From positions 1 to 64,000 of IMG/VR virus record IMGVR_UViG_3300017951_000001: a DNA stretch of 64,000 nt; one strand, given 5' to 3'. This stretch comes from a virus (lineage: Duplodnaviria; Caudoviricetes). The translations under genes and the position numbers were made by a program. The notes beneath the pieces are model-generated. The model worked only from the letters and a program-made list of their open reading frames with translations. It searched no databases and was not told the origin of the DNA. Each line of letters begins with the position of its first letter. Positions within the stretch are counted from its first letter, which is position 1. Shown piece by piece: positions 45,929 through 54,769 of the stretch.

Positions 45929-47294
45929 TTAATTCCTCGTAGTACGATACCAATCTAGATCGGAATACCGATTTGTTTTTTAGCATTCTCCACCCGGGAC
46001 GCCTGCCGAAACGGTTCAAGGCCCAAGCGGTCTCGTCGATTATACAATCCGCGCCCAATTCAGTCAAAAACGATTCGATCATTCTGCCGATTTCAAGTAG
46101 CCATTCGTGAGTAAACACACAGCGGGAAAATTCAGCAGCATTCACCGGGCCTTTCAATTTCAACCATAATTGTAGTCCCGATGGACTGGTTTGAACCAAT
46201 GCCCAAGAACCATCCAACCTTTCGAAAGTAGAAACAATGTTTCCGATGCACCTGACAAATTCATCGCTAATCGAACGGATGGAACTTGAACTGTTGATTT
46301 TATCGATGTCGAACAGTACCCAACGCCTTGTTTTGCTTTCATAAGAGTCAGGTATGTTGCGACCCGATTTCAACTTTCGCCAATAACTCGGTGTCATAGC
46401 CGTCGTGCTCACGAGCAAATCGGGCAAGAAGAATCGGAAGTGTTGATCCGGGTATTGATTCGCTTTTACTTCAGCTTCGAGGGCTTCTTCGACGGCAGAA
46501 TCTTCTTTCGATTTCGTTTCGGACCATTTGAGTATATCTACCAACGTTCTTCGGCTTTGATGTCTTCGCATGTACTTTGGAGTTAAACGACCCAACACAT
46601 ATCGACCGAGCATTTCGGGAGCCCAAGTCCAGATGGGGTAGTCACATATTATTTGATTTCTTTCAGATTCGCGGTTGTCGAATTTGTACTTGGGTTCTCG
46701 TGCGGCATCCTGATCTTGCCCGCACTTCTTTGCGAACCATTTATCGCCTTTCTTTCGCAATTGGGCTTTAAGGTAATTTCCATTGTTCATGCATACAAGG
46801 CATACGCCCAATGCCGATTCTGTTGAATCAAAGTTCACAATCATGCTCGGTATTGTGTCTTCATGCCAAGGGCACAATGCCATCCGACCTTGAATTTCGA
46901 GGGCCACCCAATCGAATTCAGATTCGAAATCGAATGCTCGCCCTAATCTTTTCAAGTGTTGTTCTGTTTCAATTATCTTTTCGATTGTTTGCAAGCTGAA
47001 TATGAGGTGTTGACCATGGCGCATCCCGCGAGTCAATCGTCTTATTCTGAAACCGATGGCTTCAGCTTCGTCAAGCTTGACTCGTTTCCAATCGATGTTC
47101 GATTTGATTAAGTGCCATGCGTTGTGAGCACTTCCAATTGATGTGTTAGCCACAGTCGATATGTAGCTAATGGAAAGCTCACAGTAAGCCGTATCGTTGA
47201 TCCGTTGGTGGCGAGCGGCCACAAACGAAAACCAACAATCAACGGCGCTTTTTATTGCTCTTTTTCTGTCCAGCGTATCAACAAACTCGAACAT
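45921..47294 (-). CDS. AEP-superfamily primase/Rep-like protein with CHC2-type zinc finger
   Basis: CPWHEDTIPS...CLVC; VLFDID (DxD); QTSPSGLQLW; FGRRPG. Confidence 0.5.
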   Translation of the reverse strand: MFEFVDTLDRKRAIKSAVDCWFSFVAARHQRINDTAYCELSISYISTVANTSIGSAHNAWHLIKSNIDWKRVKLDEAEAIGFRIRRLTRGMRHGQHLIFSLQTIEKIIETEQHLKRLGRAFDFESEFDWVALEIQGRMALCPWHEDTIPSMIVNFDSTESALGVCLVCMNNGNYLKAQLRKKGDKWFAKKCGQDQDAAREPKYKFDNRESERNQIICDYPIWTWAPEMLGRYVLGRLTPKYMRRHQSRRTLVDILKWSETKSKEDSAVEEALEAEVKANQYPDQHFRFFLPDLLVSTTAMTPSYWRKLKSGRNIPDSYESKTRRWVLFDIDKINSSSSIRSISDEFVRCIGNIVSTFERLDGSWALVQTSPSGLQLWLKLKGPVNAAEFSRCVFTHEWLLEIGRMIESFLTELGADCIIDETAWALNRFGRRPGWRMLKNKSVFRSRLVSYYEELNA

Positions 47295-47409
47295 TCGTCA
47301 GGCACTCGGGGTTGTCATTACCACATATCTTGTTATTCCGCCCCGGGCAAATGCTCCATTCACAAATTCGAATTCAGTTCGAATGTGATAGTGTTTTGGA
47401 AGAAATCAT

Positions 47410-47481
47410 TGGGGCGTCGACAAGCGGTAAGTCATCGGGTTTTGATTCCGACATTCGCAGGTTCGAATCCTGCCGCCCCAA
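47410..47481 (+). tRNA. tRNA-Gln (anticodon TTG)
   Basis: TGGGGCG/CGCCCCA acceptor, TCGGG-TTTTGAT-TCCGA anticodon arm, GCAGG-TTCGAAT-CCTGC T arm. Confidence 0.92.
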
Positions 47482-47483
47482 TT

Positions 47484-47556
47484 GAGTCGTTAGCTCAATC
47501 GGTAGAGCAACGGACTTTTAATCCGTTGGTTGAGGGTTCGATTCCCTCACGACTCA
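47484..47556 (+). tRNA. tRNA-Lys (anticodon TTT)
   Basis: GAGTCGT/ACGACTC acceptor, ACGGA-CTTTTAA-TCCGT anticodon arm, GAGGG-TTCGATT-CCCTC T arm. Confidence 0.93.
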
Positions 47557-47852
47557 CTTTTTGAATTTAGCTTCTGCACTTCGCGAAATTGTGAATGAGC
47601 TAAAACAGCAACCGCCGCACTTCCTAAAGCTCTTACGAAAGTAGAAGTTGTGAGTGGTTCTTGTTCGAATGCATCGACCAACGACCTGCATACGATAGCG
47701 ATTACCAAAGAAATTGCTGGTAACCAATGCCGAATCTTTGAGAACGACTCATTTTTCTTTGTTGCTTTAGCGACAACGGAAGTCAATACCCAACAGATGA
47801 TTGAAACAAGCGGATCTGTTTCATCAATTTCGGCTGCAATTTCGGTAGGCAT
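47547..47852 (-). CDS. Putative holin
   Basis: 101 aa, 2-3 hydrophobic helices, charged C-terminus. Confidence 0.5.
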   Translation of the reverse strand: MPTEIAAEIDETDPLVSIICWVLTSVVAKATKKNESFSKIRHWLPAISLVIAIVCRSLVDAFEQEPLTTSTFVRALGSAAVAVLAHSQFREVQKLNSKSES

Positions 47853-47853
47853 A

Positions 47854-48285
47854 TTAAATTCTCTTTTTGATGTTATGAATTGCTACATCGCCGAGGAAAG
47901 TAAAAACGGTTTGTCCGATGCTTGAAATGACTCGGGCAGCCGCTTTTGCTTTTTGTTTCTCTGCTTGTTCTTCATCTTGCAATTGAATCGCAAGTTGGCT
48001 CAACGATTCCGCCGATGCTCCAGACGCTTTCAATTCTGCAATTGTTAGTGCGTCACCTTCAATGACACTTACAATTTGAGCACTTACGCCCTCGATAATC
48101 GTTACTCCGTTCTTCTCGATTGATTCAGCGAAGATCCGAAACACAGTCGAAAGCAGAGGATCGTCCGACTTCTCGGAAATGGAGTACAAACCTTCACTCA
48201 CCAGATCTGGCGCCTCTCTTTCGAGAATCCGACTGACTTCTTCTACCAAGTCTTTTTCAATCGGCATCTTTGACTCCGATAGCAA
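47854..48285 (-). CDS. Hypothetical helical protein
   Basis: 143 aa in the membrane-gene cluster. Confidence 0.55.
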   Translation of the reverse strand: MLSESKMPIEKDLVEEVSRILEREAPDLVSEGLYSISEKSDDPLLSTVFRIFAESIEKNGVTIIEGVSAQIVSVIEGDALTIAELKASGASAESLSQLAIQLQDEEQAEKQKAKAAARVISSIGQTVFTFLGDVAIHNIKKRI

Positions 48286-48637
48286 TGCACCAATCTTTGG
48301 TATCAGGCATTACTAACGTAATGGGTCGAGGATCTGGTTGTTCACTTAAAGTTGAAGTGCCTTCTGTTGGATATGGCAAACCAGCCAACCACAAGCTCCG
48401 ATAATGTTGAACTTGTGCGTATGTTTGAATGACCAGCGCTGGCTTTGCATAGAAAATGCACTCCTCAAGAGTCGATGCTTTCTTTGCTGCCACGAGCAGC
48501 GCTTGGGCTGCATCGGATTCACGGGACAACGACGCTGCAATCTCTGCCGTGTACGTTTCAGCGTTCCGCATGACCTTTTTGGGAACACAACCCAAGCAAA
48601 AAACGAAACCAATCAAAGGTAACGTTAGTCTCATCAT
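48257..48637 (-). CDS. Lipoprotein (o-spanin candidate)
   Basis: Signal peptide with lipobox CLG-C, Pro-rich C-terminus. Confidence 0.5.
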   Translation of the reverse strand: MMRLTLPLIGFVFCLGCVPKKVMRNAETYTAEIAASLSRESDAAQALLVAAKKASTLEECIFYAKPALVIQTYAQVQHYRSLWLAGLPYPTEGTSTLSEQPDPRPITLVMPDTKDWCIAIGVKDAD

Positions 48638-48987
48638 GGTTGCTCCTTTGAGATGGCGACACTACTCCCATCAGGAGAAGTAATGAAAGTCTTGATTCCA
48701 ACCATTGCTCCTACAATACCCATTCCGATAACTGCAACAGCAACAGTTGCCATAGAAGTCTTCATAATCGTTGAGTGCAAATCCGTTCGAAGTCGATCGA
48801 CCGACTCGGACATCGCCGACATACCCCGGTCTACAGCTTCGGCCATGCGTTCGCTCTGTTTGTCCTGCGCCATCAACAAAGCTTCTGTCACGTCCTTCAT
48901 GGGGTTCTCAACTGCCATTCGCAAAACGGCGGCCTCGGCATGAAGTCCTGATTCTTCTATTTTTTTCAGTGCGTCATCGGGTCGCAT
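48634..48987 (-). CDS. Coiled-coil protein with C-terminal transmembrane helix
   Basis: ATVAVAVIGMGIVGAMVGI. Confidence 0.55.
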   Translation of the reverse strand: MRPDDALKKIEESGLHAEAAVLRMAVENPMKDVTEALLMAQDKQSERMAEAVDRGMSAMSESVDRLRTDLHSTIMKTSMATVAVAVIGMGIVGAMVGIKTFITSPDGSSVAISKEQP

Positions 48988-49231
48988 GGACTTTCCTCTC
49001 GTCTTTCAAATGAGAGTTGTCATTGCATCCCTTGATTGCCTTCAATGTTTGTTGTCGGACGGCTTCTCTGTCAAATGAAAGCGTTTGACAAGCAGCGCTC
49101 TTACCTTGCTCGATGCGTTGAAAAGCATTGAACCGGTTCTGTTGAGCCTTCTTGCACAGCCGAACATACAAAAAACCGAAAGCCAATGAGATGAAGACAG
49201 AAACAGAAAGAACAATCAGAATCTCAATCAT
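48974..49231 (-). CDS. Membrane-anchored protein (i-spanin candidate)
   Basis: N-terminal transmembrane helix followed by a helical segment. Confidence 0.45.
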   Translation of the reverse strand: MIEILIVLSVSVFISLAFGFLYVRLCKKAQQNRFNAFQRIEQGKSAACQTLSFDREAVRQQTLKAIKGCNDNSHLKDERKVHATR

Positions 49232-49292
49232 CGGTCATCCAATAGCTTGAGTTACCTCTATTAGTACCCCTATTATTTGTTAAATTACCACA

Positions 49293-50966
49293 TTAACTTG
49301 TGGTATATGTAAACCCACTTTTACCGCCTGCCGGAAGGTCAGGATACAACACCCAAACTCGCAGTCCTAATGTTACGACTCCCTTGCGGTACGATAACTT
49401 TTGGATTGTCGCGGTTACTTCAGACCATCCGAGTTCTGGGTCCGTGAGTTTGATGTTATCGCCTAGTTGGTACTTGACTAAAAGAAGTGAACTTGCGTCA
49501 TATTCGACGTAATAACTCGGCAATGCATAGTGGGCAGCCATCCAATCGACGACATATGCAGCGTCTTGTGCGTCATAGATGGTGACAGCTTCGATTGGGT
49601 CCATCTCACGCCTGCCGACGTGTTGTTGGCTCAAAGCACACAGAACGCTGTTCGATGCATCTCGGTACACATACCCCTCGTATTCGTCTGCCATCGGGTT
49701 GTATGCGTACTTCACACTAAACACGTTTAAAACTTCACTTTTCGGTGTTTCTTCGACCAACGTTGCTCGTGAAGTCAATGGAAATTGTTTTGCTTCAAGG
49801 TGAGCGACGTGAAGTCCACTTCGCCGGTCTGTCACGACTGGCCCGTAACCTCCGCAGGTCCAAGCCATCGTAATCATTGGAAATTCACTACAAATGGTGT
49901 TTTCCACGTAATCGAATGCTGTTGCAGAATTCGAAGACCCGCTTCCATTGATTAGGATTTTGGGGTTGCATGCGGCAATGCGGGCTTGGCTTCTGCCAAA
50001 CAAGTCTTTGTTGATTCCTCGTCGTCCCATAAGCGTTTGGTTGGAAATCAATTCTTCGATTGACTCGATGACATCGAACTTTTTATCGTCCACCCGAGTG
50101 ACCGGAACGTACAGGGTATCTCCGTTATCCCAGGACCCAGTTCCAACACTGAACGAGATTTTCAGAAACCGCGTTCCCAAGTTGTCTTCTGTGATGGATG
50201 CAGCCCACGGGTAAATGGTGCTTGTGGTGTCCACAGAAGCTCCATTTCGATAAATGGCTGTTCCGTCAACCTCGTGTGATCCGCCGCCCATTACTAGAAA
50301 TGTTCGAAATGAACTGCCATCAAATATGGTAAGTGCAGGAACATACGGGTGGTCACCGAGGACAAACGGGTATCTCTTCCCAATTGTTTCGTTAGCAAAA
50401 CCCAATCGGTCTAATGAAGCAGTATTTTTGGGAATGTAGTATTCTTGCGAGTTAACGGGATCCGAAACGTCAAAATCCATGACTTCGCGAGAAGAGGCAA
50501 ACCGAACACCTCCGTCCATATCACCCCTCATCACAACGAATCGATCTTTGTAGTCGATTCCTTTGTATTGAAGACTGATTTCAGCCCAACCGGCCAGGAT
50601 ATGGCCTTGGGATATGATTTCGCTCGGTTTGACCAAACGCGAGTCGAGGGACATGCTGAATGAACGTTGACTCGCGGTTCCACCGCCCAACGAATATTCG
50701 CTATCAATCGCGGGTTCGCCTTGGAGAAGAGGAAGGTAAACGTAATCTTTGCCTGTTTTTGAATCAGTGCTTTGATGTGGCCGGGTAGAAATCAATACCC
50801 GCTTTCCGCCTCCGAAAACGATTTCAATGCACATGAAAACGTTTCGCATGTAAGGGTCTTTTTGGAGGTAATTATTCCAATTGACCTGCCAATTGCCATT
50901 CGGCCCAAATGCTGCATCTTCCCACAGAGAGAAAGCAGGATTTTGGTCTAGGAATCGAAGTGGCAT
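49293..50966 (-). CDS. Tail tip / baseplate hub-like protein
   Basis: Second gene after the tape measure; TAATG coupling at 50966; C-terminal YALPSYYVEY...LGDNIKLTD pattern. Confidence 0.6.
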   Translation of the reverse strand: MPLRFLDQNPAFSLWEDAAFGPNGNWQVNWNNYLQKDPYMRNVFMCIEIVFGGGKRVLISTRPHQSTDSKTGKDYVYLPLLQGEPAIDSEYSLGGGTASQRSFSMSLDSRLVKPSEIISQGHILAGWAEISLQYKGIDYKDRFVVMRGDMDGGVRFASSREVMDFDVSDPVNSQEYYIPKNTASLDRLGFANETIGKRYPFVLGDHPYVPALTIFDGSSFRTFLVMGGGSHEVDGTAIYRNGASVDTTSTIYPWAASITEDNLGTRFLKISFSVGTGSWDNGDTLYVPVTRVDDKKFDVIESIEELISNQTLMGRRGINKDLFGRSQARIAACNPKILINGSGSSNSATAFDYVENTICSEFPMITMAWTCGGYGPVVTDRRSGLHVAHLEAKQFPLTSRATLVEETPKSEVLNVFSVKYAYNPMADEYEGYVYRDASNSVLCALSQQHVGRREMDPIEAVTIYDAQDAAYVVDWMAAHYALPSYYVEYDASSLLLVKYQLGDNIKLTDPELGWSEVTATIQKLSYRKGVVTLGLRVWVLYPDLPAGGKSGFTYTTS

Positions 50967-53900
50967 TACAATTCTTCCTCGAACCTCAACCCGGTGTCGC
51001 CTACAACATACCATCGCCCGGTGGTCGTATCGTATGCCCACCCTGCGTTATCCATGTTGGAACCGCTCTTTACCGTGGCCAACATAAAACTGCTTGAATC
51101 TTGCCATGCATTTTGAGTTGCAGCAGCAGACGGGTCGCCGCCGCCCCGCAGAGCGATGACAAGGGGCACTTCATCGTATGCCGTGAATGTGCGTAGAACG
51201 TCCCGTAGAGCGGCCCGTTGACGGTCCCCCGCATCTCCAACCATCTGCGCCGTCCAAACGCGTTGTGGGGGGCCTTCTGTGTACGCCCAGGACACCGCTC
51301 CTCGGGATCGGTATACCGTGGTATTTGGGGCTTCACCGTCGTCGAAAGCCCAATCCAACGGAACATGCAGAGGCATTGTGAAACCTGCGATTGCTGTTCC
51401 ACATTTGCCTTGTTGATTGTCCGATTGCATTCGGTCGAATGTCCACTCAAGCATCATGTACCTTCGATTCACGGGGTCGAAGGTAACCATGCCTCTGTCG
51501 GTTCGAAGGGTCGCGGCTAATGTTGTGGAAGTTGTTGTTGTAAAGATTGAACTCCAATCAACCGGAGGATCGAACTCAAGTTGATTGATTGCATCGCCAT
51601 GGTTGTACTTCACTTTGAAGGTGTCACCATGCGTTCCGTCTCCGAGGTACGGCCAACTTTCGAATAAATCAACCGTCGGTTCAGTTTGGAAAGTAATGTA
51701 GTGATCGAATCGCGGATCATTACTTGCAAACTTCGCCAGGAATGACCCAGCCCAATCTTCCCAATTCCAACCGACTCCCTCGATCTTTAACGAGTTGTCA
51801 GCAGAAACAATCGTTGCCACGACATCGGCTTGGTGTGGACTCGCGCTCGAAAGGTGATGGGCTAAACCGAATGTTAAAGCTGCCGATTCGACCCACGGGC
51901 CACTCGACGAAGAACTGTACTTGATACGGACAGCGCGAGCATTCGTTCCAAAAACAGCGAAAGCATTGTGCCGAAATCGATTCCCCGATTCCCCATATGC
52001 TGCATCCCAAATTTGTTGAACCGTCGTCAGCGGAGACGTGCTGGTCGACATATAATCTGAAGTCTTCCATGCGTAGGACGGGCTTGGAACACTAAACAAG
52101 TTGGAACTGGAGTTTTGATATTCCGGAGTGATTGTGTATTTGTCGGCCTCGAATAATCCGCCCCCGCCCAAGGTAACGATTTGCCTGTATGTTGTTTGAA
52201 CCGGTAGGTTGATGGCTTGTTTTCCGCGCATCTGAAGGTCAACGTTGCTGCCGGTGACTGTGTTGTAGCCAGAGTTCCAACTGCTTACGTCCATCAGCAC
52301 ATTTGCCATTGTGCTGTTATTGCCCCCATTCCCGGGCAACAACGCTACTCGTTTCCAACCGACACGGACACTGACGCTCGTGTCAGTGAATACTCCGAAT
52401 TCAAGGTTTTGATTCGTAATTCCAGAAGCATCAGTGGAAATGGCGTCTTGATTTGCGAACAACCAATCTTCTGTGCCTAACCGTCTGATGGCTAACGTCC
52501 CGAACTCTGCACTCGGACCACCGCCCGAAGGGTAGTAGTCGTATGACCATCGGAATTCCCAATAGTTATCAACGAACGGAGTCGAACCATATGTGGCCGT
52601 ATCCGGAGCGATAGTAAGCAGAATTTTGCCAGCACCGGTTACGCTATGGTCTCGAACAACAACTTTGTTCTGATCCCACCAACACGCTAACGACACGGCT
52701 CCGGAGCCACGCTTTGAGCGCATGCGAAGCCCGATGAACTCGGTTGAACCTGCATCCCAAGTATCGAGGGCTCCAATGATAGAAGCGACCCACTCGGCGC
52801 AGACCCCGGCTGGTGTTGTGAGTACGGAAGTAGTGTCACCAAACCATTCGAAAGCGGGTTGTGCACTCGAAGTCGTGAGCGTACTTTGTGTGATGAACTT
52901 GTATGTTTGAACATGACCTGTAAATGGAAAGTTGTTCCGGATTCTGGTCCGGTCAGAACTCCAGTTTGTTGTTCCATTCCCCGTTACAGCTTCCCATGTT
53001 CCCGCTGTGGTTTGATACCACGCCCCGCCCGAACCCGAAGGACGTGACCACAACGTCTGCCAGTTCGGGGCAAACAACGGGAAATCTCTACCGCCGTAGT
53101 AATATCGGTAGGTTGAAGGCACGTAATCATTGATTACGCTTATGTAGTCGCTAAGCCAACGTTCCCAGATGGGGTTTTTAGACCAACCGCCGATCCGGAA
53201 GTAAGCGCAATGTCCAGCACTCCAATCGAATTGTTGCTCCGGAGACTCGGCATCAGCCAAACCACAAGCGAAAGCAATACTGTTGTCTGCGAGTAAATAT
53301 CCGTTCCCGTGGTAGGGGAAATAGCGAACTGCGCCTCGAAGCCCAACAATGCCTAAATGAGTCCAACTCTGATTCGGATCTGAAAAGTCAGATCGACGAG
53401 ACATTCGGAAAGCAAAACAATGCCACTGCGTGTACGTTTGTGGGCTTGCATCTTTGGCTTTCCAAATCGCGTCTGTACTGGAACCTAATGCTGCCGTATT
53501 ACCCCAACCGTGGAGGTACACATAGTCAGCACTTCTCATTAAGTACAATCTTTGGTACAACACGGCTGCGCCAAGGTTGATTAACATGCCCGTGTTTTGA
53601 GCAAAATCCTCATTACCCGTCGCATAGTACGAGTAGATGATGCTGTCGCCACCATGGACAAACACAAAGCTGCCGCCTGCGTCCCCCACTCCAACCATGT
53701 CGTAAAAACGCCTATCACCACCATAATCGCCGGGTTGTCCGTAGTATCCGACGATTTCTAGTGACTTTGGCGTACCGATTTCCCGCCACGTAGCCCCACG
53801 GTCTCCGGAACCACAAAACCCGAAGTACCATTTTGCTTCATCGGCATCGAATTCAGTCCAAACGATTCGGATATATCCTGCACTTTCGGCAACCCGAAGA

Positions 53901-54769
53901 CAAAAGGGCCGAAACGAACGATCAATAAACCTCGAAATGATTCGAGAAGCAACCAACGACCAGTTCAAACCATCGTCGCTGTGGTAGACATCAATATCAT
54001 CGCTGACTCGGACGATTAAGCGCATCGCCCCGTCAGGCAAAACCACCACGCCCAAACTGCAAAGCGGATCTGCATGATTATCGATGGATTGGACTCGGAA
54101 AGTCGCATATGACCAATCGCCATCGTCCGAACCGGAATCAGGATTTGCCCCTTCCCATCGGGAATCTGCATATCGATATGCAACCTGAACTTTGTTTGAA
54201 TCGCTGCTGCTCGCAGAACCCAACGAGCAATAAATAAACTCCCGTCGGAGAATCGGATTATAGCAACCCGTTAACCCGTAGCCGTTTATGTTTGTCGGGC
54301 TTCCAGTTCTGTCTTCTGCGAAGATCGAGTCTTCTGAATGCCAACGCCTATCGTCTGGTTCACCCCTGTAGTTGGTACTACTCGGGTTATCGGGTACGTT
54401 GCCTGCGGTGTATGACGTTGTCTCGGATTCATCAGAGAACTTCCAGACCCATCGGCTCCCATCGGCCATACCACCGGAGCCAACGATCAAAACGTCCTGT
54501 TTGTCTAACCGTCGAGCAGGTGAACCTTCAATCAAGTTCGAAGGTTGGGGCGCACCCGAAGACGATACGGTTCCCGCCCCTTCATTTGTTGAATTAGGAA
54601 CACCCGGCCCAGGAATTAACCCAGCTTCGCCGCGAGTTCTCACGCTATCGCCAAACGTAGCCGCGAGCGTCCCATCAGTCAGAGTCGTTGAAACCAGTTT
54701 TTGCCGGTCTTCAAGTGTTCTGTCCGGAAGGATGACAAAAGCTTTGGGGTCGCCTCTGTAAGCCATCAA
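50966..54769 (-). CDS. Large tail protein with Asp-box (BNR) repeats; Dit-like position
   Basis: SDDGLNW and SGDRGATW Asp boxes; immediately downstream of the tape measure. Confidence 0.6.
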   Translation of the reverse strand: MMAYRGDPKAFVILPDRTLEDRQKLVSTTLTDGTLAATFGDSVRTRGEAGLIPGPGVPNSTNEGAGTVSSSGAPQPSNLIEGSPARRLDKQDVLIVGSGGMADGSRWVWKFSDESETTSYTAGNVPDNPSSTNYRGEPDDRRWHSEDSIFAEDRTGSPTNINGYGLTGCYNPILRREFIYCSLGSASSSDSNKVQVAYRYADSRWEGANPDSGSDDGDWSYATFRVQSIDNHADPLCSLGVVVLPDGAMRLIVRVSDDIDVYHSDDGLNWSLVASRIISRFIDRSFRPFCLRVAESAGYIRIVWTEFDADEAKWYFGFCGSGDRGATWREIGTPKSLEIVGYYGQPGDYGGDRRFYDMVGVGDAGGSFVFVHGGDSIIYSYYATGNEDFAQNTGMLINLGAAVLYQRLYLMRSADYVYLHGWGNTAALGSSTDAIWKAKDASPQTYTQWHCFAFRMSRRSDFSDPNQSWTHLGIVGLRGAVRYFPYHGNGYLLADNSIAFACGLADAESPEQQFDWSAGHCAYFRIGGWSKNPIWERWLSDYISVINDYVPSTYRYYYGGRDFPLFAPNWQTLWSRPSGSGGAWYQTTAGTWEAVTGNGTTNWSSDRTRIRNNFPFTGHVQTYKFITQSTLTTSSAQPAFEWFGDTTSVLTTPAGVCAEWVASIIGALDTWDAGSTEFIGLRMRSKRGSGAVSLACWWDQNKVVVRDHSVTGAGKILLTIAPDTATYGSTPFVDNYWEFRWSYDYYPSGGGPSAEFGTLAIRRLGTEDWLFANQDAISTDASGITNQNLEFGVFTDTSVSVRVGWKRVALLPGNGGNNSTMANVLMDVSSWNSGYNTVTGSNVDLQMRGKQAINLPVQTTYRQIVTLGGGGLFEADKYTITPEYQNSSSNLFSVPSPSYAWKTSDYMSTSTSPLTTVQQIWDAAYGESGNRFRHNAFAVFGTNARAVRIKYSSSSSGPWVESAALTFGLAHHLSSASPHQADVVATIVSADNSLKIEGVGWNWEDWAGSFLAKFASNDPRFDHYITFQTEPTVDLFESWPYLGDGTHGDTFKVKYNHGDAINQLEFDPPVDWSSIFTTTTSTTLAATLRTDRGMVTFDPVNRRYMMLEWTFDRMQSDNQQGKCGTAIAGFTMPLHVPLDWAFDDGEAPNTTVYRSRGAVSWAYTEGPPQRVWTAQMVGDAGDRQRAALRDVLRTFTAYDEVPLVIALRGGGDPSAAATQNAWQDSSSFMLATVKSGSNMDNAGWAYDTTTGRWYVVGDTGLRFEEEL

